Origin: an uncultured Planctomycetales bacterium
Lineage (GTDB): Bacteria; Omnitrophota; Gorgyraeia; Zapsychrales; JAHFFX01
NCBI GenBank assembly: GCA_964464475.1
Contig: CAYXGG010000007.1
Location: 5,305-69,304 of the forward strand
Direction of reading: 5' to 3'
DNA: 64,000 nt
The position numbers were made by a program, and so were the translations under genes. Under the pieces are notes generated by a model. It did not search any database. It was not told the DNA's origin and saw only the letters and a program-made list of their open reading frames with translations. Shown here in pieces: positions 29,511-39,856 of this stretch (position 1 is the first letter of the stretch; each line of letters opens with the position of its first letter).

Positions 29511-30335
29511 TTATTTGGCGATGTATTCCCCACGTGCGATAAATTTACCACTTCCCTTTAGCCAGACATTCATGATGCGACCTTCCAGGAGTTGAAAAGA
29601 AACTTCCAGAACTTCACCGCTTTTGGTACGTACATTCATTTTGGCTTTTTTGATGGTCTGAACGCCGGGGTTGGCTTTTAAGAAACCGACAATCCCTGCT
29701 GCTACACTTCCCGTGCCACAGGCTTTAGTTTCATCTTCAACGCCGCGCTCATAGGTCCGAACCGCAACGAGATTGTTGTTAATTTGCTCTACAAAATTGA
29801 CGTTTGTTCCTCGCGGCGCGAAACGTTCATGAAAACGAATCGTGCGGCCGATGGTTTCAACGTCAATCTTTTCCAGTTCATCGACAAAAACAATCGTGTG
29901 CGGTACACCCGTGTCAATGTAGCTCACGTCAAGTTTTTGATCATGAACTAAGATTGAGATGTTTGGCTCGTAACCTTTAGGGTCGCTGAGGCGCACGGTG
30001 GCTATTTCGTTTTTGGCTTCCCCTAAGACAATTCCCGCGAGCGTGTCTAAGCTAAAAGTTTTTTTACCAGGCTTTTTTTCTTTGGCGATGTAAACGGCCA
30101 GGCAGCGCGCGCCGTTACCGCACATTTCCGCTTCTGACCCGTCTGAGTTGATAATGCGCATGCGGTAATCGGCTTTGGGAGATTTGCCCAAAATGAGCAA
30201 GCCATCTGCGCCGATCCCATCGGTTCGGTCGCACATTTTAAGCGCGAGTTTTTTGGGATCAAGTTTGTGCAGGTCTTCAACAACGATAAAATCGTTGCCA
30301 GCTCCCACCATTTTGGTAAACGTTAAGTTTTTCAT
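29511..30335 (-). CDS. dapF: diaminopimelate epimerase
   Basis: GNDF, EMCGNGARC, ERGV, ACGTG. Confidence 0.97.
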   Translation of the reverse strand: MKNLTFTKMVGAGNDFIVVEDLHKLDPKKLALKMCDRTDGIGADGLLILGKSPKADYRMRIINSDGSEAEMCGNGARCLAVYIAKEKKPGKKTFSLDTLAGIVLGEAKNEIATVRLSDPKGYEPNISILVHDQKLDVSYIDTGVPHTIVFVDELEKIDVETIGRTIRFHERFAPRGTNVNFVEQINNNLVAVRTYERGVEDETKACGTGSVAAGIVGFLKANPGVQTIKKAKMNVRTKSGEVLEVSFQLLEGRIMNVWLKGSGKFIARGEYIAK

Positions 30336-31588
30336 TGTAAGAATAGCGGGATTTTCTCTCCGCGCATTAAGTCTTGATACGTTTCACGTTCTTTGACAAC
30401 AAAATATTTGCTGCCACGGACCATCACTTCCGACACGCGAGGTCGGGCGTTATAGTTGCTGGACATGACATAGCCATAGGCACCCGCGCTCATGACGGCC
30501 AGTAAATCTCCTTTATGTGGAATCGGTAACTCCCGGTCATGGGCAAAGAAGTCCCCACTTTCACAAACCGGCCCAACAACATCAAATTTGTCCTGCCCGC
30601 TTACCTTTTTGTGAATCGGAACAATCTCATGGTAAGCGTCGTATAACGAAGGACGAATTAAATCATTCATGGCGCCATCCACGATAATAAATTTTTTGTA
30701 GCCGTTGTCTTTAATGTAAAGAACTTTGGTAACAAAAATACCAGCGTTGCCTACGATAAAACGTCCCGGCTCCATGATGATTTTCAAACCCGTGCCCTGC
30801 AGAATGGGTAAAACTGCGCTGGCGTATTCCTGCGCTGTTTGCGGTTTTTCATCTTTGTAAATGATACCCATCCCACCGCCAATGTCGAGATATTCTATAT
30901 GAATTCCATCTTTTTTCAAATCTTGAATAAACTCGACGACTTTTTGAATGGCTTTGACGAACGGGTCCCGCTCGGTCAGCTGTGAGCCGATGTGAATATG
31001 TAGACCGTTAATCTTGCAGTAAGGGTACTTCTTTTGATTTTTTAAGATGTCATGCGTCGATTTAAGATCAATCCCGAATTTCTTTTTGAGAGTTCCGGTA
31101 GTGATGAAGGCATGGGTGGCCGCTTCAACATCCGGGTTGATGCGCAGCGCTACTTGTGTTTTTTTGCGTAGGTTCTTCGCGACACGGTTGATTTCTTCAA
31201 GTTCGGGAACGGATTCGACGTTGAAAAACTGGATCCCTTTATTGATCGCGAACGCGATTTCTTCTTCGGTCTTGCCCACGGAAGCAAAGACGATTTTTTT
31301 GGGATTAGCTTTTAAATGTAAGGCTTTTTTTAATTCACCCTGCGAGACAATGTCAACGCCGGCTCCTTCGTTTAATAAGGTTTTGAGGACGGCCAGGTTT
31401 CCGTTGGCTTTCATCGCGAAGCAAATAAGCGGATTCACCGGCGCGAACGCTTTCTTGATCTTAAGGAAGTGATCGACCAGGGTGTGGTGGCTGTAAAGAT
31501 AAAACGGTGTACCGACTTTGTGCGCAATAGCGCTTACTTTGGTATCTTCGCAGTAAAGTTCGTCATTCTTAAAAATAAAATCATGCAT
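30332..31588 (-). CDS. lysA: diaminopimelate decarboxylase
   Basis: FAMKAN, HIHIGSQ, EPGR, GPVCESGD, GAYG. Confidence 0.97.
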   Translation of the reverse strand: MHDFIFKNDELYCEDTKVSAIAHKVGTPFYLYSHHTLVDHFLKIKKAFAPVNPLICFAMKANGNLAVLKTLLNEGAGVDIVSQGELKKALHLKANPKKIVFASVGKTEEEIAFAINKGIQFFNVESVPELEEINRVAKNLRKKTQVALRINPDVEAATHAFITTGTLKKKFGIDLKSTHDILKNQKKYPYCKINGLHIHIGSQLTERDPFVKAIQKVVEFIQDLKKDGIHIEYLDIGGGMGIIYKDEKPQTAQEYASAVLPILQGTGLKIIMEPGRFIVGNAGIFVTKVLYIKDNGYKKFIIVDGAMNDLIRPSLYDAYHEIVPIHKKVSGQDKFDVVGPVCESGDFFAHDRELPIPHKGDLLAVMSAGAYGYVMSSNYNARPRVSEVMVRGSKYFVVKERETYQDLMRGEKIPLFLQ

Positions 31589-31591
31589 GGC

Positions 31592-32944
31592 TCAGATTTT
31601 CTTCCTTATTTTACGAACTGATTTTTTGGAATTGACCGAATGCTGAGGGTTGATGATAGTTTTAACCACCGCCGGTGTCAATAAAGGATGAAATCTTTTT
31701 AATTCTTCCGGTTGCATCGCCAAAATATTTTTGTGTTGGGTTAGCTTGCATGTGATCAGCTGCCCAATGATCGTGTGAGCGTCTTTAAACGCAACGCCAT
31801 TTTTGACAAGAAAATCAGAAAGGTCCGTCGCGTAAAGGCACTCATCATCCAGTTGCTTGTTAATATTGTCTTCCTTGAAAGCAACGTTTTCTAATAAGGC
31901 GGCTAACACAGACAATTCGTTTTGAACGATGGTGATGGAGTCAAATAATGGTTCCTTGTCATGCTGCATGTCGCGGTTATACGTTAGCGGTAGGCCTTTC
32001 ATCATCACCAAAACATTGATGAGGTTGCCGTAGAGACGACCCGAATACCCTCGGATCAACTCAAGTACGTCCGGATTCTTTTTTTGCGGCATGAGTGAAC
32101 TCCCCGTGCAGAAGGAATCGTCGATATCAATAAAATCAAATTCTTTGCTGCTCCAGAGAATAAAATCTTCTGCGAAACGAGACAAATGAAGTCCAATTAA
32201 GCTTAAGGCGCTCAAGAAATCTAAAATAAAATCACGATCGCTGACCGTGTATAGCGAATTGGTAGTTGATGTGACGCGTAATTCATCAGAGAGAATAGAT
32301 TGAACGGCATTGTTATATTTTTGAGCATCAATGAACGTTCCCGCCAGAGCTCCCGATCCCATGTTCAAATGAATGGTTTTATAAACATGTTCTAAGCGCT
32401 GCTGATCGACTGCCAGCATGTGTTCGTAGGCCATCAGATAATCCAATAGACTTACCGGTATCGCGTGTTGCAAGTGCGTGTAGCCGGGAATGTAGATGCG
32501 AGAATTCTTTAAGGCCAAGGAAAAGAGATTTTTACGAGTCATCTCAATTAGCTGCTGAGTTTTGGTCAGTTCCTCCAGGCAAAAAAGCTTCATGTCAAAG
32601 ACGACCTGATCGTTACGAGAACGGCACGTATGCAATTTTGAGGCCACCTTCCCGACCGATTTGTCGAGCATTTGTTGGATTTGGGTGTGAATGTCTTCAC
32701 AGGCAGGGTCAACTTTGAACGTGCCATCACGCACGGATTGCAGGATGTTTTCTAATCCCTTTTGTAGTATTTTGTGCTCGGACGGTCTGAGCAGATTGGC
32801 TTTTTTTAGAATATCAATGTGCGTGAGCGACCCAATGCAGTCATATTCCGCCAGTTTGTAATCAAAGTGAATGGATTTGGTGAATTTTTCCACCAAAGGA
32901 TTTGTTTTTTTGGTGAAGCGTCCACCCCAGAGTTTGTTCATCAT
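31592..32944 (-). CDS. argH: argininosuccinate lyase
   Basis: KLWGGRF, RSRNDQ, GSSLMPQKKNPD. Start moved to 32944, which follows an AGGAG RBS. Confidence 0.96.
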   Translation of the reverse strand: MMNKLWGGRFTKKTNPLVEKFTKSIHFDYKLAEYDCIGSLTHIDILKKANLLRPSEHKILQKGLENILQSVRDGTFKVDPACEDIHTQIQQMLDKSVGKVASKLHTCRSRNDQVVFDMKLFCLEELTKTQQLIEMTRKNLFSLALKNSRIYIPGYTHLQHAIPVSLLDYLMAYEHMLAVDQQRLEHVYKTIHLNMGSGALAGTFIDAQKYNNAVQSILSDELRVTSTTNSLYTVSDRDFILDFLSALSLIGLHLSRFAEDFILWSSKEFDFIDIDDSFCTGSSLMPQKKNPDVLELIRGYSGRLYGNLINVLVMMKGLPLTYNRDMQHDKEPLFDSITIVQNELSVLAALLENVAFKEDNINKQLDDECLYATDLSDFLVKNGVAFKDAHTIIGQLITCKLTQHKNILAMQPEELKRFHPLLTPAVVKTIINPQHSVNSKKSVRKIRKKI

Positions 32945-32960
32945 TTTCTCCTGAAGTAAG

Positions 32961-33018
32961 GTCACAAGCCACCAGTCACAAAGACACAATTTGTGACCTG
33001 TGTCTTGTGACGGGTGTC
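32961..33018. repeat. inverted heptamer-repeat element (GWCACAA x4 / TTGTGWC x4)
   Basis: GTCACAA GCCACCA GTCACAA a GACACAA t TTGTGAC CTGTGTC TTGTGAC GGGTGTC. Confidence 0.8.
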
Positions 33019-33019
33019 C

Positions 33020-34183
33020 TTAATACGGCATGCCCCAAATTTTAATAAAACCTTCCGCCAATTTTTGGTCAAACTTATCCCCTTTGCCGTAAGTGGCGAG
33101 CTCTTCTTTATAGAGCGAAAAAGGAGATTTTCGTCCGGCAACGGTACAGTTGCCTTTATACAATTTTAACCGAATGGTCCCGGTGACACGCTGTTGGGTT
33201 GTTTCAATATAGGCGTCTAGTTGTTTTTTGAGAGGTGTTTCCCAAAGGCCAAAATAAATCAGATCCGCATATTTTAAAGAGATTCCTTGTTTGTAGTGCA
33301 TGGTTTCGCGATCTAAAACTAGCGCTTCTAGTTCTTGATGCGCGGTAAATAAGATGGTGCCGGAGGGGCACTCGTAAATCTCTCGGGATTTTATTCCTAC
33401 TAAACGGTTTTCGACCATGTCCACACGACCCACACCGTTTTTGCCCCCTAGCTCATTGAGGTATTTTAAAAGCGCCAGGCCATCATAAGCTTTGCCATTG
33501 ATTTTTCTAGGAACCCCTTTGTCAAAAGTGATATCAACGTAAGTGGGTTTACTTGGAGCCTTTTCGGGACTTACCGTCATTTGATACACGTCTTCCGGTG
33601 GTTCGACCCACGGGTCTTCTAGGATGCCCGCTTCAATACTCATGCCAAAAACATTCTTGTCGATGGAATAGGGTTTTTTCTTCGTGACTTCCATGGTGAT
33701 GCCATGTGACGCGAGATAATCAATTTCTTCTTCGCGGGTTTTAAACTCCCAGACGCGTACAGGCGCGATATTTTCAAGTTTAGGGTCTAGAATTTTGGCG
33801 GTGACTTCAAACCGGACTTGGTCGTTGCCTTTTCCCGTACAGCCATGAGCGATGGCGTCCGCTTTCTCTTTATGCGCGATGGCGACCTGGTGCTTGGCGA
33901 TGATCGGTCGTGATAGAGACGTAGCCATGAAATATTTGTGTTCGTAGACAGCCCCCGCTTTCAGCGCCGGGAATACATAATCATTCACAAATTCTTTCTT
34001 AAGATCCATGACATAAACTTTGCTGGCACCGGTTTTGAGGGCACGGGCTTTGATCGCGGCAAAATTTTCTTCTTGCCCCACGTCGCCCACAACGGCAATG
34101 ACGTCATAGCCGCGGTCTTTAAGCCACGGAATCGCGCAGGAAGTGTCTAGTCCACCTGAATAAGCCAACACAACTTTTTTCAT
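33020..34183 (-). CDS. argG: argininosuccinate synthase
   Basis: AYSGGLDTS, HGCTGKGNDQVRFE, ENRLVGIKSRE. Confidence 0.98.
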   Translation of the reverse strand: MKKVVLAYSGGLDTSCAIPWLKDRGYDVIAVVGDVGQEENFAAIKARALKTGASKVYVMDLKKEFVNDYVFPALKAGAVYEHKYFMATSLSRPIIAKHQVAIAHKEKADAIAHGCTGKGNDQVRFEVTAKILDPKLENIAPVRVWEFKTREEEIDYLASHGITMEVTKKKPYSIDKNVFGMSIEAGILEDPWVEPPEDVYQMTVSPEKAPSKPTYVDITFDKGVPRKINGKAYDGLALLKYLNELGGKNGVGRVDMVENRLVGIKSREIYECPSGTILFTAHQELEALVLDRETMHYKQGISLKYADLIYFGLWETPLKKQLDAYIETTQQRVTGTIRLKLYKGNCTVAGRKSPFSLYKEELATYGKGDKFDQKLAEGFIKIWGMPY

Positions 34184-34201
34184 TTCATAAACTCCTATCC
34201 G

Positions 34202-35119
34202 TTATTTCAGAAGTTTTAACAAAACAGCTTTTTGTGAGTGCAAACGATTCTCCGCCTGGTCAAAAATAACTGAGTTCGGACCGTCAATAACCTCTTCGGT
34301 CACTTCCTGCCCGCGATGCGCAGGCAAACAGTGAAGAAAAATATGATTTTTGGCAGCGGACTTCATTAAATCTTTGTTGATTTGGTAACCGGCAAAATCT
34401 TTAAGGCGTTGCTTGGCTTCCGCCTCCTGCCCCATGCTGACAAACGTGTCCGCGTAAACAACCTGGGCTTCTTTGACGGCGTCTTTAGGATTGCGGGTGA
34501 GCACCAGTTTTGATCCGGTTTTCTTGGCGATGATCTGGGTATGGCGTATGATATCACTTTGCGGTTGATATTCATCCGGACAGGCAACTCGAATGTGGGC
34601 GCCACTTAAGGCGCACCCCAACATTAACGAATGACAGACGTTGTTGTTTCCATCGCCAACGTAAGTGACCGTGACGCCTTTGAGTTTTCCTAAATGCTCG
34701 TGGATCGTTAACAAATCAGCCAGCGCTTGGCAAGGATGCTGTAAATCGGATAGACCGTTAATAACCGGAACCTCCGCAAAGCGAGCGAGATCAATAACGT
34801 CTTGATGAAAATGAGTGCGTGCTACAATGCCATCCACGTATCGTGACAGGGTCCGGGCCACATCCGCGACGGATTCACGTGCCCCCAATTGGATTTCTTG
34901 AGGGCTTAAATAAACGCAATTGCCTCCGAGCTGGTTAATTCCGACTTCAAACGAAACTCGGGTTCGGTTCGATGGCTTGGTAAACAAAAGAGCGATGGTT
35001 TTGCCTTTTAATTCTTGGCGCTGGATCCCCTTGTTCTTTTTGAGTGCTTTAGCACTCGCCAAGACATCTTCCAACTCTTTGATGGACAAGTCTTCAATGT
35101 GAATTAAATCATTTTTCAT
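34202..35119 (-). CDS. argF: ornithine carbamoyltransferase
   Basis: SNRTRVSF, HPCQALAD, SMGQE, HCLPAHRG. Start moved to MKND. Confidence 0.96.
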   Translation of the reverse strand: MKNDLIHIEDLSIKELEDVLASAKALKKNKGIQRQELKGKTIALLFTKPSNRTRVSFEVGINQLGGNCVYLSPQEIQLGARESVADVARTLSRYVDGIVARTHFHQDVIDLARFAEVPVINGLSDLQHPCQALADLLTIHEHLGKLKGVTVTYVGDGNNNVCHSLMLGCALSGAHIRVACPDEYQPQSDIIRHTQIIAKKTGSKLVLTRNPKDAVKEAQVVYADTFVSMGQEAEAKQRLKDFAGYQINKDLMKSAAKNHIFLHCLPAHRGQEVTEEVIDGPNSVIFDQAENRLHSQKAVLLKLLK

Positions 35120-36309
35120 TTTGGGGTATCCATAACTTTCCGTAGTGATTGTTCTAATATATAAATGGCCTTGTCGATTTGTTTTTTGGTGACGTTCAAA
35201 GCCGGCATCAAACGCAAGATGTTTCCTTGGGTGCAGTTGATGATTAACCCGCGGGCGTAACATTCATCAACGATGGGTTTGCCCTCGATGGAAAGTTGAA
35301 CGCCGAGCATGAGTCCTACTCCCCGGACGTCATTGATACAAGAGAATTTCGTTTTTAGCGCGGTACATTGTTGCAATAAATACGGTCCCATCTTTTTGAC
35401 ATTGGCAAGCATCTTATCTTTAATGATTGCCCGAAAAGCTCCTAAGCTCGCCTGACAAATGACCGGACTGCCGCCGAATGTAGAAGCGTGCATCCCGGGC
35501 TTGAAAATGGACGCTAATTCTTTTTTAACTACAAGGCAACCTATAGGAAATCCGCCTCCCAGCGATTTGGCTAGGATCATTAAATCCGGAGTAATACCGT
35601 AATAGTGGCAGGCGAACATCTCTCCTGTGCGTCCCATCCCGGTTTGAACCTCGTCAAAAATGAGGAGAATTTTTTGCTGATCGCAGATGTTCCGTATGGA
35701 TTTAAGATAATCGGTGTCCGCGACGTTGATGCCGCCCTCTCCTTGAATGGGTTCTAGAAGAATAGCGATGGTTTTATCGGTAATCGCATTCTTTAGAGCT
35801 GTCAGGTCATTAAAAGGAATTGTTTTAAAACCCGGCACCAAGGGCGCGAACCCTTCTTGATATTTCTTTTGTCCGGTGGCGGAAATCGCTCCCATTGTCC
35901 GACCATGGAAAGAGTTGGTCATGGTGATGATTTCATGCCGGGCACCTTGGCCATAGGCCCGAGAAAATTTGATTGCTGCTTCACAAGCTTCTGCGCCGCT
36001 ATTGCAAAAAAATACTTTACCGGGAAACGACCAATGGATGATTTCTTTGGCTAACTTGGCTTGAAATGGGTGGCGCAAATTGTTGGGGACAAAGATTAAT
36101 TTTCCTAGCTGATCCCGCACGGCCCCCATGACTTTAGGGTGACAATGCCCCACGTTATTCACGCCCCAGCCGGGAAAAAAATCCAAGAATTTTTTTCCAT
36201 CAATATCGGTTAAGGTCATGCCTTTGCCTTTAACAAAAATGCCCGGCATTCGCGTGTACGTCGAAAGGATGAAATCGTCGTACGCTTTTAGTATTTCTGG
36301 TTTTTTCAT
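35116..36309 (-). CDS. argD: acetylornithine aminotransferase
   Basis: SFHGRT, EPIQGEGG, DEVQTG, AKSLGGG; arg context. Confidence 0.93.
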   Translation of the reverse strand: MKKPEILKAYDDFILSTYTRMPGIFVKGKGMTLTDIDGKKFLDFFPGWGVNNVGHCHPKVMGAVRDQLGKLIFVPNNLRHPFQAKLAKEIIHWSFPGKVFFCNSGAEACEAAIKFSRAYGQGARHEIITMTNSFHGRTMGAISATGQKKYQEGFAPLVPGFKTIPFNDLTALKNAITDKTIAILLEPIQGEGGINVADTDYLKSIRNICDQQKILLIFDEVQTGMGRTGEMFACHYYGITPDLMILAKSLGGGFPIGCLVVKKELASIFKPGMHASTFGGSPVICQASLGAFRAIIKDKMLANVKKMGPYLLQQCTALKTKFSCINDVRGVGLMLGVQLSIEGKPIVDECYARGLIINCTQGNILRLMPALNVTKKQIDKAIYILEQSLRKVMDTPK

Positions 36310-37160
36310 GCTTGGACGATTTGGGTTCCGACCCCTTGGTCCGTGAAGATCTCAAGGAGCAACGCGTGATGCAATCGCGCATCGACAATGTGGGTTTTCT
36401 TAACTCCACCATTGAGTGCTTCAATGCAGGAGTTAACTTTGGGAATCATTCCCCCCGAAATGACGTTTTTCTTGATGAGATTATGGACTTCATTCATGGT
36501 AAGACTCGAAATAAGCGATTGCGGGTCTTCGGGGTTACTAAGAACACCCATGACGTTAGTGAGTAAAACAAATTTTTCAGCTTCAAGCGATCCTGCAATG
36601 GCACTTGCTACTTCATCAGCGTTGACATTGTGGGGCTGCTTGGTTTTGCTTACCCCCATGGGAGAAATGACCGTGATGTTCCCCTTTTTTAAGTGTTGCT
36701 CTATGGCTTCCCGGTTGACGTCGGTAATCGTACCGACATAGCCCAAGTCTTTGGCGGCCTTTTTTTTCTCAACGTACACCAGGTTCTCTTGACCTTTCAT
36801 ACCCGTTACATCCCCTTTGAGGGCCTTAATTTCAGCGACAATTTGCTGGTTCAATTTTTCTAGTTCTTCCGCAACGATGTTGAGGGTCGGTTTGTCCGTG
36901 ACGCGAATACCGTCATGAAATTCGGATTTTAGTCCCGCGTCTTTAAGGCGCGAACTGATTTGGGGTCCTCCGCCATGCACCAAAATCGTGCGGATGCCCA
37001 CGTAACTTAAAAAGACTATGTCTTCCAGAACATTTTTCCGGATTTGAACGTTGTCCAGGATGCTGCCGCCGTATTTAATAACAAAGACCTTACGTCGAAA
37101 AGCATGGATGTAAGGAATGGCTTCAACCAGAATGCTGGCTTTTTTAATTATATCGTCCAT
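36306..37160 (-). CDS. argB: acetylglutamate kinase
   Basis: VIKYGGS, VHGGGP, NVNAD, GGMIPKV. Confidence 0.96.
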   Translation of the reverse strand: MDDIIKKASILVEAIPYIHAFRRKVFVIKYGGSILDNVQIRKNVLEDIVFLSYVGIRTILVHGGGPQISSRLKDAGLKSEFHDGIRVTDKPTLNIVAEELEKLNQQIVAEIKALKGDVTGMKGQENLVYVEKKKAAKDLGYVGTITDVNREAIEQHLKKGNITVISPMGVSKTKQPHNVNADEVASAIAGSLEAEKFVLLTNVMGVLSNPEDPQSLISSLTMNEVHNLIKKNVISGGMIPKVNSCIEALNGGVKKTHIVDARLHHALLLEIFTDQGVGTQIVQA

Positions 37161-38286
37161 TGATTTTTACATATTCAAATGACAGGTCTGAGGTGAAAAC
37201 CGAGGCCTGCGCGTTGCCTAAGTTTAAGTCAACCCAGATCGTGATGTTTTTCTTTTTAAACGAACTAAAATTAATTTTAAGATTTTTCTCCGTGACATTT
37301 AATCCCAAGGATCCGATGGCGGCTGCAACCCGACCCCAGTTGGGATCGCTGCCAAAGGCAGCGCATTTAACTAAATTGGAATTGGCAACCGCCATGGCGG
37401 CGGCTTTGGCCTGGGCGTAATTCTTACACCCGCGCACCATGACTTCAATAAATTTGGTCCCACCTTCCGCATCGAGAACGATATTCTTGGCCAGACTTAA
37501 ACAAACCAATTCTAGAGCGGCGTAGAAATTTTGAAAATCTTTACCATCTGATGCGATAAGATTGTTTCCCGCATGGCCACTGGCCAGCACGCTGACCATG
37601 TCATTGGTGCTCATGCAGCCATCAACCGTGATGCAATTAAATGATTTGTCGGTAGCTTTGGTTAGGGCCAATTTAAGGAATTTGGGGGTGATAGCGGCAT
37701 CCGTGGTGATGTAGGCGAGCATGGTAGCCATATTGGGTTGGATCATGCCTGAACCCTTGGCGCACCCACCGATGGTTACCTTCTTGCCGCCGATAGTGGT
37801 TTGGACCGCGCATTCTTTTGACCATTTATCAGTGGTCAAAATAGCCTGGGCGGCCAAATGTCCACCATGCCGGCTGAGTCCCTTGACCAATTTTTCAGCA
37901 GATTTCTCAATTTTATTAAAAGGTAAAGGGCGACCAATGATACCGGTTGACGCAACTAGTACGTGGTTGGGGTTAATGTTGAGATGCTGGGCAATAAGTT
38001 CCGTCGTCTTTTCAGCGTAAAGCAACCCAAAATTACCGGTAAAACAATTCGCGTTTCCGCTATTAATCACGATGGCCTGGATACGACCGCCTTTCATTTT
38101 CTTTTGAGAAACGATAATGGGTGCCGCCTTAATGGAGTTTAGAGTAAAAACACTAGCGCAGGCCGCCGGAGTATCGCAGGCGATGAGGGCCAAATCAGGC
38201 TTACCCGAACGTTTGATGCCGGCCCAAAGACCATGAGCTTTGAAGCCTAAGGCGTTGGTGACGCCTCCTTTGATTGTTTTAATCAT
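37144..38286 (-). CDS. argJ: ornithine acetyltransferase / N-acetylglutamate synthase
   Basis: SGNAN, STGIIG, KGSGMIQPNMATML autoproteolysis site, DPNWGR. Confidence 0.95.
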   Translation of the reverse strand: MIKTIKGGVTNALGFKAHGLWAGIKRSGKPDLALIACDTPAACASVFTLNSIKAAPIIVSQKKMKGGRIQAIVINSGNANCFTGNFGLLYAEKTTELIAQHLNINPNHVLVASTGIIGRPLPFNKIEKSAEKLVKGLSRHGGHLAAQAILTTDKWSKECAVQTTIGGKKVTIGGCAKGSGMIQPNMATMLAYITTDAAITPKFLKLALTKATDKSFNCITVDGCMSTNDMVSVLASGHAGNNLIASDGKDFQNFYAALELVCLSLAKNIVLDAEGGTKFIEVMVRGCKNYAQAKAAAMAVANSNLVKCAAFGSDPNWGRVAAAIGSLGLNVTEKNLKINFSSFKKKNITIWVDLNLGNAQASVFTSDLSFEYVKINGRYN

Positions 38287-39299
38287 AATCCCTCATCTTC
38301 GCTAAAACCGCACATAATGTTCATATTCTGAATAGCCTGGCTAGCTGCACCTTTCATGAGATTATCAATGACGCTTGTCACCACACATAATTGTTGAGCG
38401 GCATCATATTCAATTCCTATATCGCAGTAGTTGGTTCCGGAAACATTTTTGACTTCAGGTTGAATCCCCGATTTCATAAGGCGCACAAAGGGTTCGGTTT
38501 TATAAAACTTCTTGTAGAGGCTCTCAATGTTATCTTTGGTAACTTTTGTTTTCATCCGAACATAAATCGTTTCCAGAATTCCTTGATTAATGGGCAATAG
38601 ATGCGGAACAAAAGCGACCTTGATTTTACGATTTCCTAAGGCCGATAGATACAAATTGATTTCTGGGGTGTGTTGATGTGACAAAACTTTATAAGCCTTA
38701 AAGTTTTCGTTGACTTCGCAAAACATGAGGTTGCCTAAGAGTTTCTTCCCCGCCCCGGATACGCCGGATTTGGCATCAATGATAATGGATTCGACCGCGG
38801 TGCCATACGCGGTCATCAGCGGCGCCAATCCAAGAATTGCCGCCGTCGGATAGCATCCGGGGTTGGCGACCAAATGGGATTTTTTGATGTCTGCCCGATA
38901 CAGTTCGGGTAATCCATAAACTGCATGTTTGATATTTTTAGGATCCGTATGTTCATGTTGGTACCAGGCTTGGTAGAATTTGGCGTCATTTAAGCGATAG
39001 TCGGCGCTTAGATCAATCACCTTTTTCTTGAATTTGAGAAGTCCCGGAACGATGCCCATCGCGCTGGTATGGGGAACGGCAAGCAGAAAAATGTCTGCTT
39101 TCGCCACGGCCTTGTTGACATCATAAACTTCACAAATCAAATTTGTTTTTTTATTCAGTCGGGGACAGATTTCATCTACCGGCCCGGTAGAATTTTGGGC
39201 ACCGACATAGGTCACCCTCACATGAGGGTGATTAAGCAGAATTTCAAGAGCCAAGGCGCCAGAATATCCGCTGGCACCCACAATACCCACTCGAATCAT
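38283..39299 (-). CDS. argC: N-acetyl-gamma-glutamyl-phosphate reductase
   Basis: GASGYSG, ANPGCYPT, SGVSGAG, DNLMKGAA. Confidence 0.96.
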   Translation of the reverse strand: MIRVGIVGASGYSGALALEILLNHPHVRVTYVGAQNSTGPVDEICPRLNKKTNLICEVYDVNKAVAKADIFLLAVPHTSAMGIVPGLLKFKKKVIDLSADYRLNDAKFYQAWYQHEHTDPKNIKHAVYGLPELYRADIKKSHLVANPGCYPTAAILGLAPLMTAYGTAVESIIIDAKSGVSGAGKKLLGNLMFCEVNENFKAYKVLSHQHTPEINLYLSALGNRKIKVAFVPHLLPINQGILETIYVRMKTKVTKDNIESLYKKFYKTEPFVRLMKSGIQPEVKNVSGTNYCDIGIEYDAAQQLCVVTSVIDNLMKGAASQAIQNMNIMCGFSEDEGL

Positions 39300-39343
39300 C
39301 GTCGATAACTCCTTTGAAAGAATAAAGTGTATCGTAAAAGAAA

Positions 39344-39384
39344 AAACCTATCTCGTCAACTCGTTTTTCGAGGGAGATAGGTTT
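39344..39384 (-). terminator. intrinsic terminator after rpsI
   Basis: AAACCTATCTC...GAGATAGGTTT hairpin followed by a U-run on the minus strand. Confidence 0.7.
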
Positions 39385-39434
39385 GAAATTTCCTGTTGGA
39401 AACTGATTGAATCTAATTGATGAATTTGAAAGTC

Positions 39435-39830
39435 TTAACGCTTAACCCACTGGAATTTCTTACGTGCCCCCTTCTGTCCCGGCTTTTTTCTTTCCTTCAT
39501 TCTGGGATCGCGGCTTAAGAATTCAGCTTTTTTGAGTACGGAGCGATTCGCTTCATCCATATGGGCCAAAGATCGGGCTAAGCCTAAGCGCATGGCGCCA
39601 GCTTGACCGGTCGAGCCACCGCCATCAATAGAGGCAATGACATCTAATTTATTAAGCGTGTTCGTCATTCGTAAAGGCTCTAGGATGCTGATTCGGTCCG
39701 TTTCCCGTTTGAAGTATTCATCAAAGGCTCGTTTGTTAACGGAAACTTTCCCATCGCCGGGCATAATGGTGACCCGAGCGATAGAACTTTTTCGACGACC
39801 GATAGCTGCGTATTTGACGACTTCAACCAT
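39435..39830 (-). CDS. rpsI: 30S ribosomal protein S9
   Basis: GRRKSSIARV, GGGSTGQAGA, RDPRMKERKKPG..ARKKFQWVKR. Confidence 0.98.
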   Translation of the reverse strand: MVEVVKYAAIGRRKSSIARVTIMPGDGKVSVNKRAFDEYFKRETDRISILEPLRMTNTLNKLDVIASIDGGGSTGQAGAMRLGLARSLAHMDEANRSVLKKAEFLSRDPRMKERKKPGQKGARKKFQWVKR

Positions 39831-39856
39831 GACGAATAAGCCTCCTTAAAAATCTT

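Noticed and set aside
32945-32989. MCLCDWWLVTL extension of argH
   Set aside because: An artefact of translating the heptamer repeat; the RBS supports a start at 32944.
32961-33018. CRISPR array interpretation of the repeats
   Set aside because: 7-bp units with no unique spacers and no cas genes.
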